Source: Octopus sinensis
Taxonomy: Eukaryota
DNA length: 24,267 bases
Reading direction: 5' to 3'
Assembly: GCF_006345805.1 (NCBI RefSeq)
Contig: NW_021836585.1
Span: forward strand, 1-24,267
The first letter of the stretch is position 1. The number at the start of each line of letters is the position of its first letter. Positions 9,336 through 20,369 of the stretch are shown in pieces. The position numbers were made by a program, and so were the translations under genes. The notes beneath the pieces were generated by a model that had not been told where the DNA came from, searched no databases, and worked only from the letters and a program-made list of their open reading frames with translations.

Positions 9336-9962
9336 TTGGTTTGGCTCAGGTTCGGTCTTATTCCTGGTAGTATTTATGTGGGTTGCGGGTTACTACCTGT
9401 ACCCTTAGGTTATCAATTTTTTTCCTGTCTTTAACCCTCCAACGCGGAGTATAGGCCACTCATAACTGAATTCCATGTCGCATAATTTTTCGCTGCTGTA
9501 CTTATACTCTGCCATGAATGTCCCCCTCTTTCTTGTTCCTTTTGTGTTGATCTCTGCCACGAGTTCTTAGGTCTACCTTTCTTTCTATATCCATCCCGTT
9601 TCCACAGTAAAGCACTTTTCACTACATTTGGTGTGTCTTTTCTAATTGTGCTATCAATCCACTTCCACTTTTTCTTAAATATTTGATCCCTAATCAAAAC
9701 TTGATTTGTTCTTTGCCATAGCTCCATATTGCTTATGTGTTTGGGCCATCTAATTTTAAGTATACTACGCAAGCATATGTTGATGAATGATTGTAATTGC
9801 TTATTTGACTTCACTGTTGTTCTCCATGTCTCAGTCCCATACAATAACACCGCTTTTACGTTAGTGTTAAAAATTCTTATTTTGTTCTTTATTGAAATTA
9901 CACTTGCGCTCCATACTTTTTTTAACAGGTGAAAAGCGGTCCTTGCCTTACTTATTCTTGTC
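9336..9962 (-). mobile_element. RTE-clade LINE 3' fragment (post-RT region, stop at 9431, short 3' UTR)
   Basis: One open frame 9962-9431: RISKARTAFHLLKKVWS...NVKAVLLYGTETW...LQSFINICLRSILKIRW...GRPKNSWQR...WNSVMSGLYS, the typical RTE C-terminus; 5'-truncated. Confidence 0.85.
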
Positions 9963-9974
9963 TATTATTATTAC

Positions 9975-10051
<77 letters not shown>

Positions 10052-10059
10052 CATCATCA

Positions 10060-10106
<47 letters not shown>
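9963..10106. repeat. (TTA)n array with (TCA)n interruption
   Basis: Direct reading. Confidence 0.95.
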
Positions 10107-11513
10107 TTCTTCTTTCAAATTTGCTTCCATTTCTTGCCGAGTGTCTTCCCGACTCCTAGGGCAAAGAAACTCATAGTATACATTGGTAGGCCATTAAACC
10201 AAACTCAGTAGTTCGTTCATTTTTTTTTTTTTTTTTTTAAAGTTAAATTAAAATATATGAGCAGCAACAGTTCTCACATCGACAATGCTCTTCTCAATAC
10301 GTGTGATGTACCAGTTAAGACAATCTTTTGCACTTCTTGCAGGGATGGTAAGCCAGGGATCATTCTCATATAATTTTCGGTTCCCTTCTTGATCATTCCT
10401 AGTGCTCCTACGATCACTGGTATTGTAACCGCCTTGAGATGCCACATTTCTCAATTTCAATGAGTAGGGCTTTATATTTTCTGAGCTTGTCAAACTCTTT
10501 CGCTGAGATATTATGATCACAGGGGATGCTCATGTCGATCAATAAGCAAACTTTATTGTTTTGGTCTTTCACAACAATATCTGGTTTATTGGCCTTGATG
10601 GTTCGGTCTGTATGTACTGGAAAGTCCCACAGAATGGTTACATTTTCTCCTTCAGTTACAGCCTCAGGGTGGTGATTATACCACTTGTCGGCAGTTTTGA
10701 TATTGTAATGCCGACTTAATAGCCAGTGGAGATATTGGCCAACTCTGTCATGTCTTAATTTATACTCCACTGGTGCTAAGACTTTACATCCAGAGATTAG
10801 GTGGTCCACTGTTTCAATCATGTCGTTGCAGAATCGGCATTTTGGGTCTGCTCCATTTTTCATCACATTGGCCTGGTAGTTCCGGGTTAATAGGCTTTGA
10901 TCTTGAGCAGCCAGGATGAAACCTTCGCTCTCTGCTTTTAGCCCTGAGCTCCGTAGCCACTGATGGGTTTGCTTCTGGTCAACATCAGCTTGTTTGCTGC
11001 GGGTCACATATTTGCCGTGCAGAGGTTTCTCCTCCCACCTATCAGCCAATTGCTCGTGCGCTTTTTTTGTTGCCATCATTTTCATCTTCTTTGCAACAAT
11101 AGTTGCCGTACTTCCCTCGGGTTGTTCAGTTTGGGTATCCTGCACGAGATCAATAGCAAATTTTTTGCTTTCCTTTATGATAGAATGAAGCTTCTTTCGT
11201 CTCTCGTGATTTTCCACGAGCTTTAGCATCCAGTCATTCGATATTTCGAGATATTTGGCCAGTCCAATTGTGGTTGTTTTGTAAGCTAGTTCAAATTGGA
11301 TCAGGCCTCGACCTCCTTGGGCTCTGGGAAGGTAAAGGCGATCTACGTCTGCCTTTGGGAGGTGCATCCTATTACAACTCAGCAGCTTGCGTATTTTTCT
11401 ATCTATATTCTTTACTTCACTCATATTCCAGTTCAACACATTGTAGCTATAAGTAACAACTGGAACTGCTAAGGAATTTATAGCTAACACCTTGTTACGT
11501 GCATTTAGTTCAG

Positions 11514-11516
<3 letters not shown>
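10107..11516 (-). mobile_element. R4/Dong-like RLE non-LTR retrotransposon, 5'-truncated (RT thumb, CCHC zinc finger, PD-D restriction-like endonuclease, 3' UTR)
   Basis: ELNARNKVLAINSLAVPVVTYS, RLYLPRAQGGRGL, CRFC...ETVDHLISGC, RHD, KPDIVV...LIDMSIP...KLRKY. A 1-nt shift at ~10448 restores MWHLKAVTIPVIVGALG...QKIVLTGTSHVLRRALSM (stop 10274-10276). (AAT)n on both sides. Confidence 0.88.

Positions 11517-11571
<55 letters not shown>
11516..11571. repeat. (TTA)n array
   Basis: Direct reading. Confidence 0.97.
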
Positions 11572-11826
11572 GAGTGAGAGAGCATTGCATGTCATAAAAA
11601 TGACACTGGGGTAAAATATACAAAACCCAGTGTACCCATCATGACTACCCGTCTGATAAGGGTACACTTGGCACATGCATCACAGGCATATGTGTGCAAC
11701 ATGGTGATCTCATATCAAGATAAACAGCGCATGACCTTGCAGGTGGGGCCCAGTTAGAATTTTCTTCAGGTCGAGTAACCCATCCCACTCAAAAGGTCCC
11801 TGAATAAGGGTTGTTTAAGGATGTTG

Positions 11827-11828
<2 letters not shown>
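11572..11828 (-). mobile_element. Unclassified non-coding interspersed repeat with (AAT)n tail
   Basis: Discrete ~255-bp unit bounded by (TTA)n on both sides; recalled as a common octopus repeat; single copy in the window, orientation inferred. Confidence 0.45.

Positions 11829-11881
<53 letters not shown>
11829..11881. repeat. (TTA)n array
   Basis: Direct reading. Confidence 0.97.
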
Positions 11882-12095
11882 GCCGGCGAGCGGGCAGAAT
11901 CGTCAGCACGCCAGCCAAAATGCTTAGCGGCATTTCGTCCGTCTTTACGTTCTTTACGTTCAAATTCCGCTGAGGTCGACTTTGCCTTTCATCTTTTATG
12001 GGATCGATAAATTAAGTACCAGTTGAACACTAGGGTCGGTGTAACCGACTTATCCCTACCCCGAAATAGCTGGCCTTGTGCCAAAGTCTGCAAGT
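11882..12095 (+). mobile_element. SINE family C
   Basis: ggcgagcgggcagaatcgtcagcacg...gttcaaattccgctgaggtcgactttgcctttcatc, similar to 13574-13794 (reverse) and 18085-18305. Confidence 0.85.
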
Positions 12096-12490
12096 AATAA
12101 TTCAAATGAGGAACGGACAACTGAAATTGACGCTTACAATCGTTTCCGAACCCGGGCTATAATTTTATTCCATATTTCATACAACATTATACAACTCATT
12201 CAATGTTATGAAATACCTACCATGATATATGGAAATATGTCATAACAATTATGTAGTCCATTCGCTTCCTCGGATGTCATGATCTGAGCGCACGTTCGAC
12301 CAAATGAAAATTTTGAGATGTGTTGATTTAGGCGTGTTAACAAGATGCAAATAAAGAGAACACTTAAAGCTAATGCTTTCACTTGATGCCTCACGTAGGT
12401 TTTAAGAGAATTAATCTTAATAAAACGATACAGAAGTAGATCAAAATAAAGTCAAATAAATTCGTTTCAAATTTGTCATATAGATCAGAT

Positions 12491-12919
12491 GGATCTTTTC
12501 GGATTGAACGGCAGTTTTTTTCTAGCGGTATCATATGAAATTGTCACCCATAATTATGACCCTAGTATCGACCTATTGCATTTCAATCTATTTTAGGGTT
12601 AGGGTTAGTTAAGGTTAGGGTTAAGAGGGGGATGGTATCTTTTTTTCTTCACAAATGTAAATAAACCCAATCTGTTCCTTAAACGAGGGACATATTCATA
12701 CGGCACAGAATGTTGTTTACCTCAATAGACGTCAGTGATTGGTTGAAATTGCAGAAATTGAAGAAAAAAACAACAAATATCTTACAAACTATAGAATTTT
12801 CTCAAGAAAGCTAAGAGAAAAAGATGTTTTATAAGCACATTCTACCAGTATACAAAGTTTTAAAGTTTTTAGTTACTTAGAAATTATGTTAAAAACTGCC
12901 GTTCAAACCGAACAGATCC
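12491..12919. mobile_element. Non-autonomous TIR DNA transposon (MITE-like) with internal TTAGGG repeats
   Basis: 29-bp TIRs ggatcttttcggattgaacggcagttttt / aaaaactgccgttcaaaccgaacagatcc (2 mismatches); 8-bp flanks gatcagat / gatcacat; second copy at 19642. Confidence 0.88.
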
Positions 12920-13024
12920 GATCACATCATTAACCTAGAACTACAACCAGTCATTTACTCGCTCTACGGTGTTTATATTTAGCCTGCTGGATTTTACCCT
13001 AGGGTTATTTAGGGTTCTCCTTTA

Positions 13025-14135
13025 TGCGAGGTGGTATCAAAAGGTTCCAGGACTAATTATGTTTAATAATAGAAAATACCTTATTTACCTTAGTTTTGCC
13101 ATCATCTTCTTCGAAATAGTAACGTTGCACAGCAATACACCGGTCCCAGCGTTCCTGCCACTTTTGGAATCCGGCCTGGATGTTGTTTTCTGTAAGCGAG
13201 TCGAGGACCTTCTGCGATTCGCTCCGGATCTCAGCAGTGGTGTGAAAACGGCGACCGTTGAGCAGCCTTTTCATTTTGTAGGAAGAGAGGAAAGTCCGCA
13301 TGGGCTAAATCTGGCGAATAGGACGGGTGCGGAAGCGACACCATGTTGTTTTTGGCGAGAAACTCACATTTGGGGAGAGCTCGGTGGCCGAGTGCATTAT
13401 CTATTTCTTTACTACCCACAAGGGGCTAAACACAGAGAGGACAAACAAGGAGAGACAAATGGATTAAGGTGATTATATCGACTCCAGTGCGTGACTAGTC
13501 GACCCCGAAAGTATGAAAGGCAAAGTTGACCTCGGCAGAATTTGAACTCAGAACATAACGGCAGATGAAATACTTATTTCTTTACTACCCACAAGGTAGG
13601 ACAAACAAGGACAGACAAACGGATTAAGTCGATTATATCGACCCCAGTGTGTGACTGGTACTTATTTTATCGACCCCGAAAGTATGAAAAGCAAAGTTGA
13701 CCTCGGCGAAATTTGAACTCAGAACGTAGCGGCAGACGAAAGACCGCTAAGCATTTCGCCCGACGTGCTAACGATTCTGCCAGCTCGCTGCCTTCCGAAT
13801 GCATTATCGTCATGAAGAATCCTATTCGTGCTACACAGATGCGGTGGCTTTCGTCAAATGCCATTCCTCAAAACGCTTCAAAACGTTACAGCAGAACTCT
13901 CGATTGACGGTTTAGAACTTGGGCGGGGAGTGTAATTTTCGATGCACAATACGGCGCATGTTGAAAGAAAAAAGGTTAATATGCTCTTGATTGAATTGTG
14001 GCTCCGCCGTGCCTCTTGCGCTTGTGTAGATGAAGGGGTCTTCCATTGTGACGACTGCTGCTTCGTCTTAGAGTAGTACCTGTAGACCCAACTCTTGTCA
14101 CCAGCAATTATCCTCGACATGAAGGCTGGCGGAGA
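13025..14135 (-). pseudogene. Decayed mariner (Tc1/mariner) transposase, catalytic domain plus right TIR, split by a SINE insertion
   Basis: PAFMSRIIAGDKSWVYRY...KQQSSQWK (first D), LHDDNA (second D), HPSYSPDLAHADF (third D), KWQERWDRCIA; mariner-like end tgcgaggtggtatcaaaaggttccaggact next to TA at 13023-13024. Confidence 0.9.
13402..13794 (-). mobile_element. SINE family C head-to-tail dimer (full copy 13574-13794 plus 5'-truncated copy 13402-13573)
   Basis: Two homologous units; flanked by ccgagtgcattatc (13388-13401) and ccgaatgcattatc (13795-13808). Confidence 0.9.
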
Positions 14136-14291
14136 TCTTCACAGACAGAGATCTTTCTACAGCTGAGATAACTGGAGCAACATGAAATAAAGTGTCTTGC
14201 TCAAGAACACACACACAGCTCGATCCGGGAATCGGACTCACAACCTCACGATCGTAAGCTCGATGCTCTAACCACTGAGCCATGCGCCTTC
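14136..14291 (-). mobile_element. tRNA-derived SINE family D
   Basis: Minus strand gaaggcgcatggctcagtggttagagc (A box)...gagtccgattcccgg (B-box-like)...ttcttgagcaagacactttatttcatgttgctccag; similar to 21115-21365. Confidence 0.85.
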
Positions 14292-14575
14292 AATTTTAAA
14301 TTATATTTCAGCATAAATCAGAAAAGTTTTTACAACTGAAAGAGAAGTCGATTTTACGATGTAATTTCGCGCTCTAAAAACACATCAGGGATCGCGATGG
14401 AATCAGCTTCGCTTTTACTGAAGTCGTTAACGATATATTTTCATAGGAGAAATGAAAAACAATGTACTACACTGATAGGGAAACTTCTAAAACGGCAATG
14501 ATATCGTGCAAGCCTTCTGTAGTGACTAATCATAACCATGCCACATTAGTACGTTATAGTGATTACGCATGCGCA

Positions 14576-14578
14576 TCC

Positions 14579-14633
<55 letters not shown>

Positions 14634-14725
14634 GAAAGAGAGAGTGTGGTGTGTGCGTGGTGTGTGTGTGTGTGTCTGTGTGTGTGAAAGTTTATATATC
14701 TATATATATTGATAAATACATATGA

Positions 14726-14775
<50 letters not shown>

Positions 14776-14970
14776 TAGATATATATAATATATATAAATA
14801 TATATATATATATACAAATACCAATCTATCTACCTATATATATATTATATATATATACAAATACCAATCTATCTACCTATATATATATATATATATATCA
14901 TGTATGTATGTATGTATATATGTATGTATGTATATATGTATGTATGTATGTATATATGTATGTATGTATG

Positions 14971-15032
<62 letters not shown>

Positions 15033-15322
15033 TGTATGTATGTATGTATGTATGTATGTATGTATATATGTATGTATGTATGTATGCATATATGTGTTTA
15101 GGAGGGTAGGTTCGATTACATCAAATTATCATATATGGGAAAAAATTCTATAAAAACCAATTTGTTTCATATAGCATAGCACTCACTGAACGCATCTCAT
15201 AAGCAATGTATATGAGTGTGCGTCCATATTTGTGCGCGTATATTTTTGTGTATGTATGTTTGTATGTATGTATATATATACATGCATACAAATATATATA
15301 TATATACACACACATGTACGCT

Positions 15323-15382
<60 letters not shown>

Positions 15383-16792
15383 CCTATGCATAAATACTTT
15401 ATAGATTTACAGAGACGCATGTGTAAAAAAATAAATACATACATACCAACATGGATACAAGTATATACATATATATATATATATATAGGTTTAGATATAT
15501 GTGTGTGTGTGTGTGAGTATGTGTGTATATGCAGAGTGAGAAGTATGTAAATGCACAAACACATACACACGCACACACACACACATACACACACACACAC
15601 AAACCAATACCGAAAAGGAGAGGAGAGAACGGAGAAGGTGCAATACAAATACGCGTGACATTATTTGAGGAACCAATTCTGTCAAAAACATCTATTAACC
15701 ATATTGCAGATTATTGTTCTTAATACATATTCACACACACACACATACATACGCACACACACATAAACTTATGCACACATGCATTTACGCATCTACACAC
15801 ACGTACATTAAAACAAATACACATACATGCCTACGTCTACATAATAGTCATAGAACCACATACACATATGTCTATAACGATTCATTCGATATAGACAAGA
15901 ACGCTTATATATACCTATATATACCTGTATATATATGTATGTATGTGTATATGTATATATATGCATAGTATGTATTTATTATCTGTTTGCATATTGGTGC
16001 AGCGAATGTGCATATAAATATATAAACCATTTATTATTAGTAATATCCACCGCAGTCACTTTTAATTCGCAGTCAATACAATTGGAATTTATCAATTACT
16101 TACATTCAATATATATATACATATATATGCGTATGGGCATATATATGTATATATATATATATACATATATATGCGTATGGGCATATAATTGATAAATTCC
16201 AATTGTATAGACACATATATATATAATCATAATTCATTCACAAGCGCCTATAACTTCATGTTTATCAATATAATGCAATATACATATATATATATATTAT
16301 ATATATATATTATATATATATATTATATAATATATTTATATATATATATATATATATAGATATATATATATATATTATATATATATAAATATACATATAT
16401 ATTTATATTTATATGTATGTATGCATGTATGTATGTATTCGTGTATGCATGAATGTATGTGTATATGCATGTATGTATATTGTGCGTGGTGTGTGCGTAT
16501 ATATACAGGTGTAGTGGAGGTGGTTGTAGGTAGATGAAAAGAAAATATTGATATGCGAAAGTCACGATAAGCTATAGGCTAATCATATTTGACGGCTGCG
16601 ATGGATTGTAGCGAAACAGTTGATAGCTCAGGAGGCAAGAGTACACAATTGCTTTATATACATACATATGTATATATATATATATATGTGCATACATATA
16701 TACATACATACGTACATATATATATATATATATATATATGCCAATATATGTATATATTTATATATATATATATAGATATGTATACAAATGTA

Positions 16793-16824
<32 letters not shown>

Positions 16825-16919
16825 CCATATATATATATATATTGTTAATAGCATATTAGAAAACTTTGACAATAGGTGTATAAGGAATACTTATGCGTTG
16901 TAAATGCGTATATATATAT

Positions 16920-16971
<52 letters not shown>

Positions 16972-17200
16972 TATATGGTCTGTGTGTATGTGTTTATATG
17001 CATTTAAGTATGTTGTGTATGTGTATACACGAGCACGCACAAATATAAACATATTCAGTTGCATATGTGCATGCGTATATGTAAGTGCGTGTGTGTATAT
17101 ATGTATATATATATAGATATATATAGATATAGTTATATTTATATTGCCTGTGCATGTATGCGTGTGTTGTGTGCGTGAGTGTGTGCGTGTGTTTCTGTGA
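14576..17200. repeat. Compound microsatellite field: (GATA)n 14576-14632, (TA)n, (TATG)n 14899-15088, (CA)n/(TG)n
   Basis: Direct reading; short unique interludes. Confidence 0.95.
16072..16212. repeat. Inverted repeat (27-bp arms, perfect 23-bp core) enclosing a short direct duplication
   Basis: atacaattggaatttatcaatta (16076-16098) / taattgataaattccaattgtat (16186-16208). Confidence 0.9.
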
Positions 17201-17399
17201 CAATGAATCTGATGTCACTGCAATCACCAATAACGTTTTAGAACAATTTGCTTCTCGATTCTAATAGATTTTGCCAAAGTCCAAGTATTATGTCGTAAAA
17301 CAGATATTATTGGTAAGGAAGGAGTAGGATGGGGAGTGAGCGGGAGGTGGGTGGGTGGGGGAGGGCGGATGGCGGTGTAATTATTAGGCACCGAATAAT

Positions 17400-17817
17400 A
17401 ATGGTGGGAAATTGATGATGATGATGATGCTGCTGCTGATGATGATGATGATGGTAGTGGTGGTGGTGGTGGTGGTTTTGTAGATGATGGTGATGACATG
17501 ATAATGAGGGGGAGGAAAAGAAGAAGATGGAGGAGGAGGGGGAAGGAGGAGGAGGAATATGATAATATTGAGGATGATGCTGATGAGGAGGAGAAGGAGT
17601 GGTGGATATTGATGTCGATGATGATGTGGTAGTGGTGATGGTGATGGTATTGGTTTTGAAGAGGTGGTGGTGGTGGTGGTGGTGGTGGTGGTAATGGTGC
17701 TGGTAATGTCGGTCGCTTTGGTGATATTAGCGTTCGGGTTCGTTTTAGTAAAGGGGATGGTTATGCTGGTGGTTGCGATGATGATACTGATGGCGGTGAT
17801 GTTAGTGGTAGGAGGGT

Positions 17818-17879
<62 letters not shown>

Positions 17880-18010
17880 CGACGACGATGATGATGATGT
17901 TGATGATTGATTGATTGATGATGATGATGATGATGACGACGATGATGATGATGATGATGATGATAATAGCATTGTTTGTGTTTGTAGCATAAGATGATAG
18001 TGATGGTGAT
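17400..18010. repeat. Purine-rich trinucleotide field (GAT/GGT/GGA/GAC)n
   Basis: Direct reading. Confidence 0.92.
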
Positions 18011-18084
18011 GATATTGATAGTAATGGTAGCAATGTTAAGGATGGGATTGTTATCACCTGGGGGGCGGGGTGTTTAAATGCAAT

Positions 18085-18385
18085 CATGAGCTGGCAGAAT
18101 CGTTAGCACGTCGGAAAAAAATGCTTTGTAGTATTCCTCTCAGCTCTTGACGTTTTCAGTTCAAATCCCGCCGAGGTCGACTATGACTTTCATCCTTTCT
18201 GGTTCGCTAAAATAATGTCCAGTTATGCACTTGACTCGATGCAATCGAGCAGCCCTCCCCAACAAAATTTCAGGCCCTGTGCCGATTGTAAAACGAGTTA
18301 TTATTATACCTAAGGTAGCGCCGAAAGGCGGCGAGGTGGCAGAATCGTTACCGCCCCGGGCAAAATGCTTGTATAGGATTCTGGT
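18085..18385 (+). mobile_element. SINE family C (diverged full copy ~18085-18305 plus a second head ~18325-18385)
   Basis: gagctggcagaatcgttagcacg...gttcaaatcccgccgaggtcgac; then ggcggcgaggtggcagaatcgttaccgccccgggcaaaatgctt. Confidence 0.8.
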
Positions 18386-18468
18386 GTCTCGTGTGGTTTC
18401 TTCATTTGTTCTGAGAGAGTGTTAGGACAATGGATTTATTTTTTAAAAAAGCTGCCGATTTAAACAGT

Positions 18469-18626
18469 GTAGGAGTGGCTGTGTGGTAAGTAGCTTGCTT
18501 ACTAACCACATGGTTCTGGGTTCAGTCCCACTGCGTGGCACCTTGGGAAAGTGTCTTCTACTACAGCCTCGAGCCGACCAAAACCTTGTGAGTGGATTTG
18601 GTGGACGTAAACTGAAATAAGCCCGT

Positions 18627-18666
<40 letters not shown>

Positions 18667-18959
18667 ATATATATCACGTGATCACGTGACCGACCAGACC
18701 ATTAGATGTTGCTACACATCGCTGGTCACAATGCGTTCGCATTGTTTTAGCCTTCGAATGACGCCACCCCGCTGGCTAAGCGAGCAGGCCAACAGACGAA
18801 AGAGTGAGAGAAAGAGTGGTGAAGGAGTACAGCAGGGATCACCACCCCCTGTCGGAGCCTCGTGGAGCTTTTAGGTGTTTTCGCTCAATAAACACACACA
18901 ACGAGTCCGCTGCCCTAACCACTGGGCCATTGCGCCTCCACACACATATATATATATGT

Positions 18960-19012
<53 letters not shown>

Positions 19013-19208
19013 TTGTGTGTCTGTGTCTGTCCCCCAACATCGCTTGACAACCGATGCTGGTGTGTTTACGTAACTTAGCGGTTCGGCAAAAGAGACCGAT
19101 AGATTAAGTACTAGGCTTACAAAGAATAACTCCTGGGAACGATTTGCTCGACTAAAGGTGGTGCTCCAGCATGGCCGCAGTCAAATGACTGAAACAAGTA
19201 AAAGAGTA
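18469..19208 (+). mobile_element. SINE family A, complete, with a nested SINE in its internal microsatellite
   Basis: Head gtaggagtggctgtgtggtaag...ggttcagtcccactgcg (18469-18626), (TA)n, insert, (TG)n, 3' body ~19008-19208. Confidence 0.88.
18674..18941 (-). mobile_element. tRNA-derived SINE family B, nested, B box deleted, alternative 3' tail
   Basis: Reverse complement begins gtggaggcgcaatggcccagtggttagggc as at 21367; shares the core to tctcactct, then differs. Confidence 0.88.
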
Positions 19209-19465
19209 TAACATAATATGCCATATATTATGTTAATGGAAGAGATTGTCAATAATCTTGCTCACGTGACATACCGATATACATTCTTTATTTTATAGAA
19301 TTTGCCATAAAGGCATTACATAGAGTAAGGAACCTTGCGGGCTGGACACAGACATTAATGAGATAAATGATAATGATACGAGGATGATAAGGATGGGAGA
19401 AGACAAAAAGCGCCCGCCGACTTCTGCTTCTCTAAAACATTGTTCTTTTTAAAGTATCAAACCGT

Positions 19466-19572
19466 GGCATTAAAACCTCTTACACAGTTCAAAACACACG
19501 TTAATGAGGCAATAAATCTCTTACATTTTTGCAATACAAAATCCCTTTATGGGGCAATAAACCTCTTACACA
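19466..19572. repeat. Degenerate 42-45-bp minisatellite (about 2.5 units)
   Basis: ggca(a/t)taaa(a)(c/t)ctcttaca at 19466, 19508 and 19553; the intervening segments resemble each other. Confidence 0.7.
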
Positions 19573-19641
19573 ACTGAATTAAATACAAAAATTACAGTAA
19601 AACACAACAAACGTGCATTGACATACCAAAGCATACTTCTA

Positions 19642-20060
19642 GGATCTTTTCGGTTTGAGCGGCAGTTTTTAACATAATTTCTAGGTAACTAAAAAATTTT
19701 AAACTTCGTATACTGGTAGAATGTGTTTATAAAACATCTTTTTCTCTTGGCTTTATTGAGAAAATTCTATAGTTTGTAAGATATTTGTTGTTGTTTTTTC
19801 TGCAATTTCAACCAATCACTGACGTCTATTGAGGTAAACAACATTCTGTGCCGTATGAATATGTCACTCGTTTAAGAAACGGATTGGGTTTATTTACATT
19901 TGCGAAGAAAAAAAAGATACCCTTCCCCCCACACCTAACCCTAACCCTAACCCTAACTAACCCTAACCCTAAAAGAGATTGAAATGCAATAGATCGATAC
20001 TAGGGTCATAATTATGGGTGACAATTTCATATGACACAGCTAGAAAAAACTTCAAAACCG
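19642..20060. mobile_element. Second copy of the TTAGGG-bearing MITE, opposite orientation, right TIR eroded
   Basis: Starts ggatcttttcggtttgagcggcagttttt; body is the reverse complement of 12491-12919; (CCCTAA)n at ~19935-19971. Confidence 0.88.
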
Positions 20061-20129
20061 TTGAATCTAGTTCAAAATCCTTGTCTGGGGAAGCTCTGAC
20101 CCAGCAGAGTGTAAAACATCGTAACCAGC

Positions 20130-20368
20130 ATGTAGAGCATCTTAGTGAAGGTGTGCACTCGCGATTGCAAAATCCTGGTTTCGATTCCTGGAACGGGAAA
20201 TGCATTGTGTTCATCCACAAAACAATTTTTCGTGTTTTTTTTTTTTTTTGTTTTTTGTTTTCTTTTCTTTTTCAGTTCACTCAGGTGTGCATAAGTAGCC
20301 CTACGACGGACTGGCGTTCTATCCAGGGAGTATATTGTGATCTTGGTCTCTAATATACCGTGGAAAAC
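20130..20368 (+). mobile_element. Degenerate SINE, family D-like
   Basis: cttagtg...ggtttcgattcctgga...ttgtgttc...cagttcactcag...cgacggactggcgt...ccaggg, similar to 21115-21365. Confidence 0.6.
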
Positions 20369-20369
20369 G

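Noticed and set aside
12206-12490. Hydrophobic minus-strand open frame (~95 codons) with possible splice sites
   Set aside because: The listed start is GTG, hydrophobicity is expected from a T-rich strand, and no family motif is recognised; cannot be supported as an exon
14546-18087. Many ORFs of poly-YI, YVCM, HT, S, I etc.
   Set aside because: Translations of microsatellites lacking stop codons; the same applies to 5126-5356, 6060-6346, 8696-9039, 9201-9434, 9892-10176, 20072-20907, 22292-22638 and 24035-24267
19466-19572. Three ~20-bp direct repeats with 21-25-nt spacers resembling a CRISPR array
   Set aside because: The spacers resemble each other, the repeats are degenerate, there are no cas genes and the context is eukaryotic: an old minisatellite
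19935-19971. (CCCTAA)n as a chromosome end or fusion scar (also ~12594-12623)
   Set aside because: Short, and at the same internal position in two copies of one TIR element
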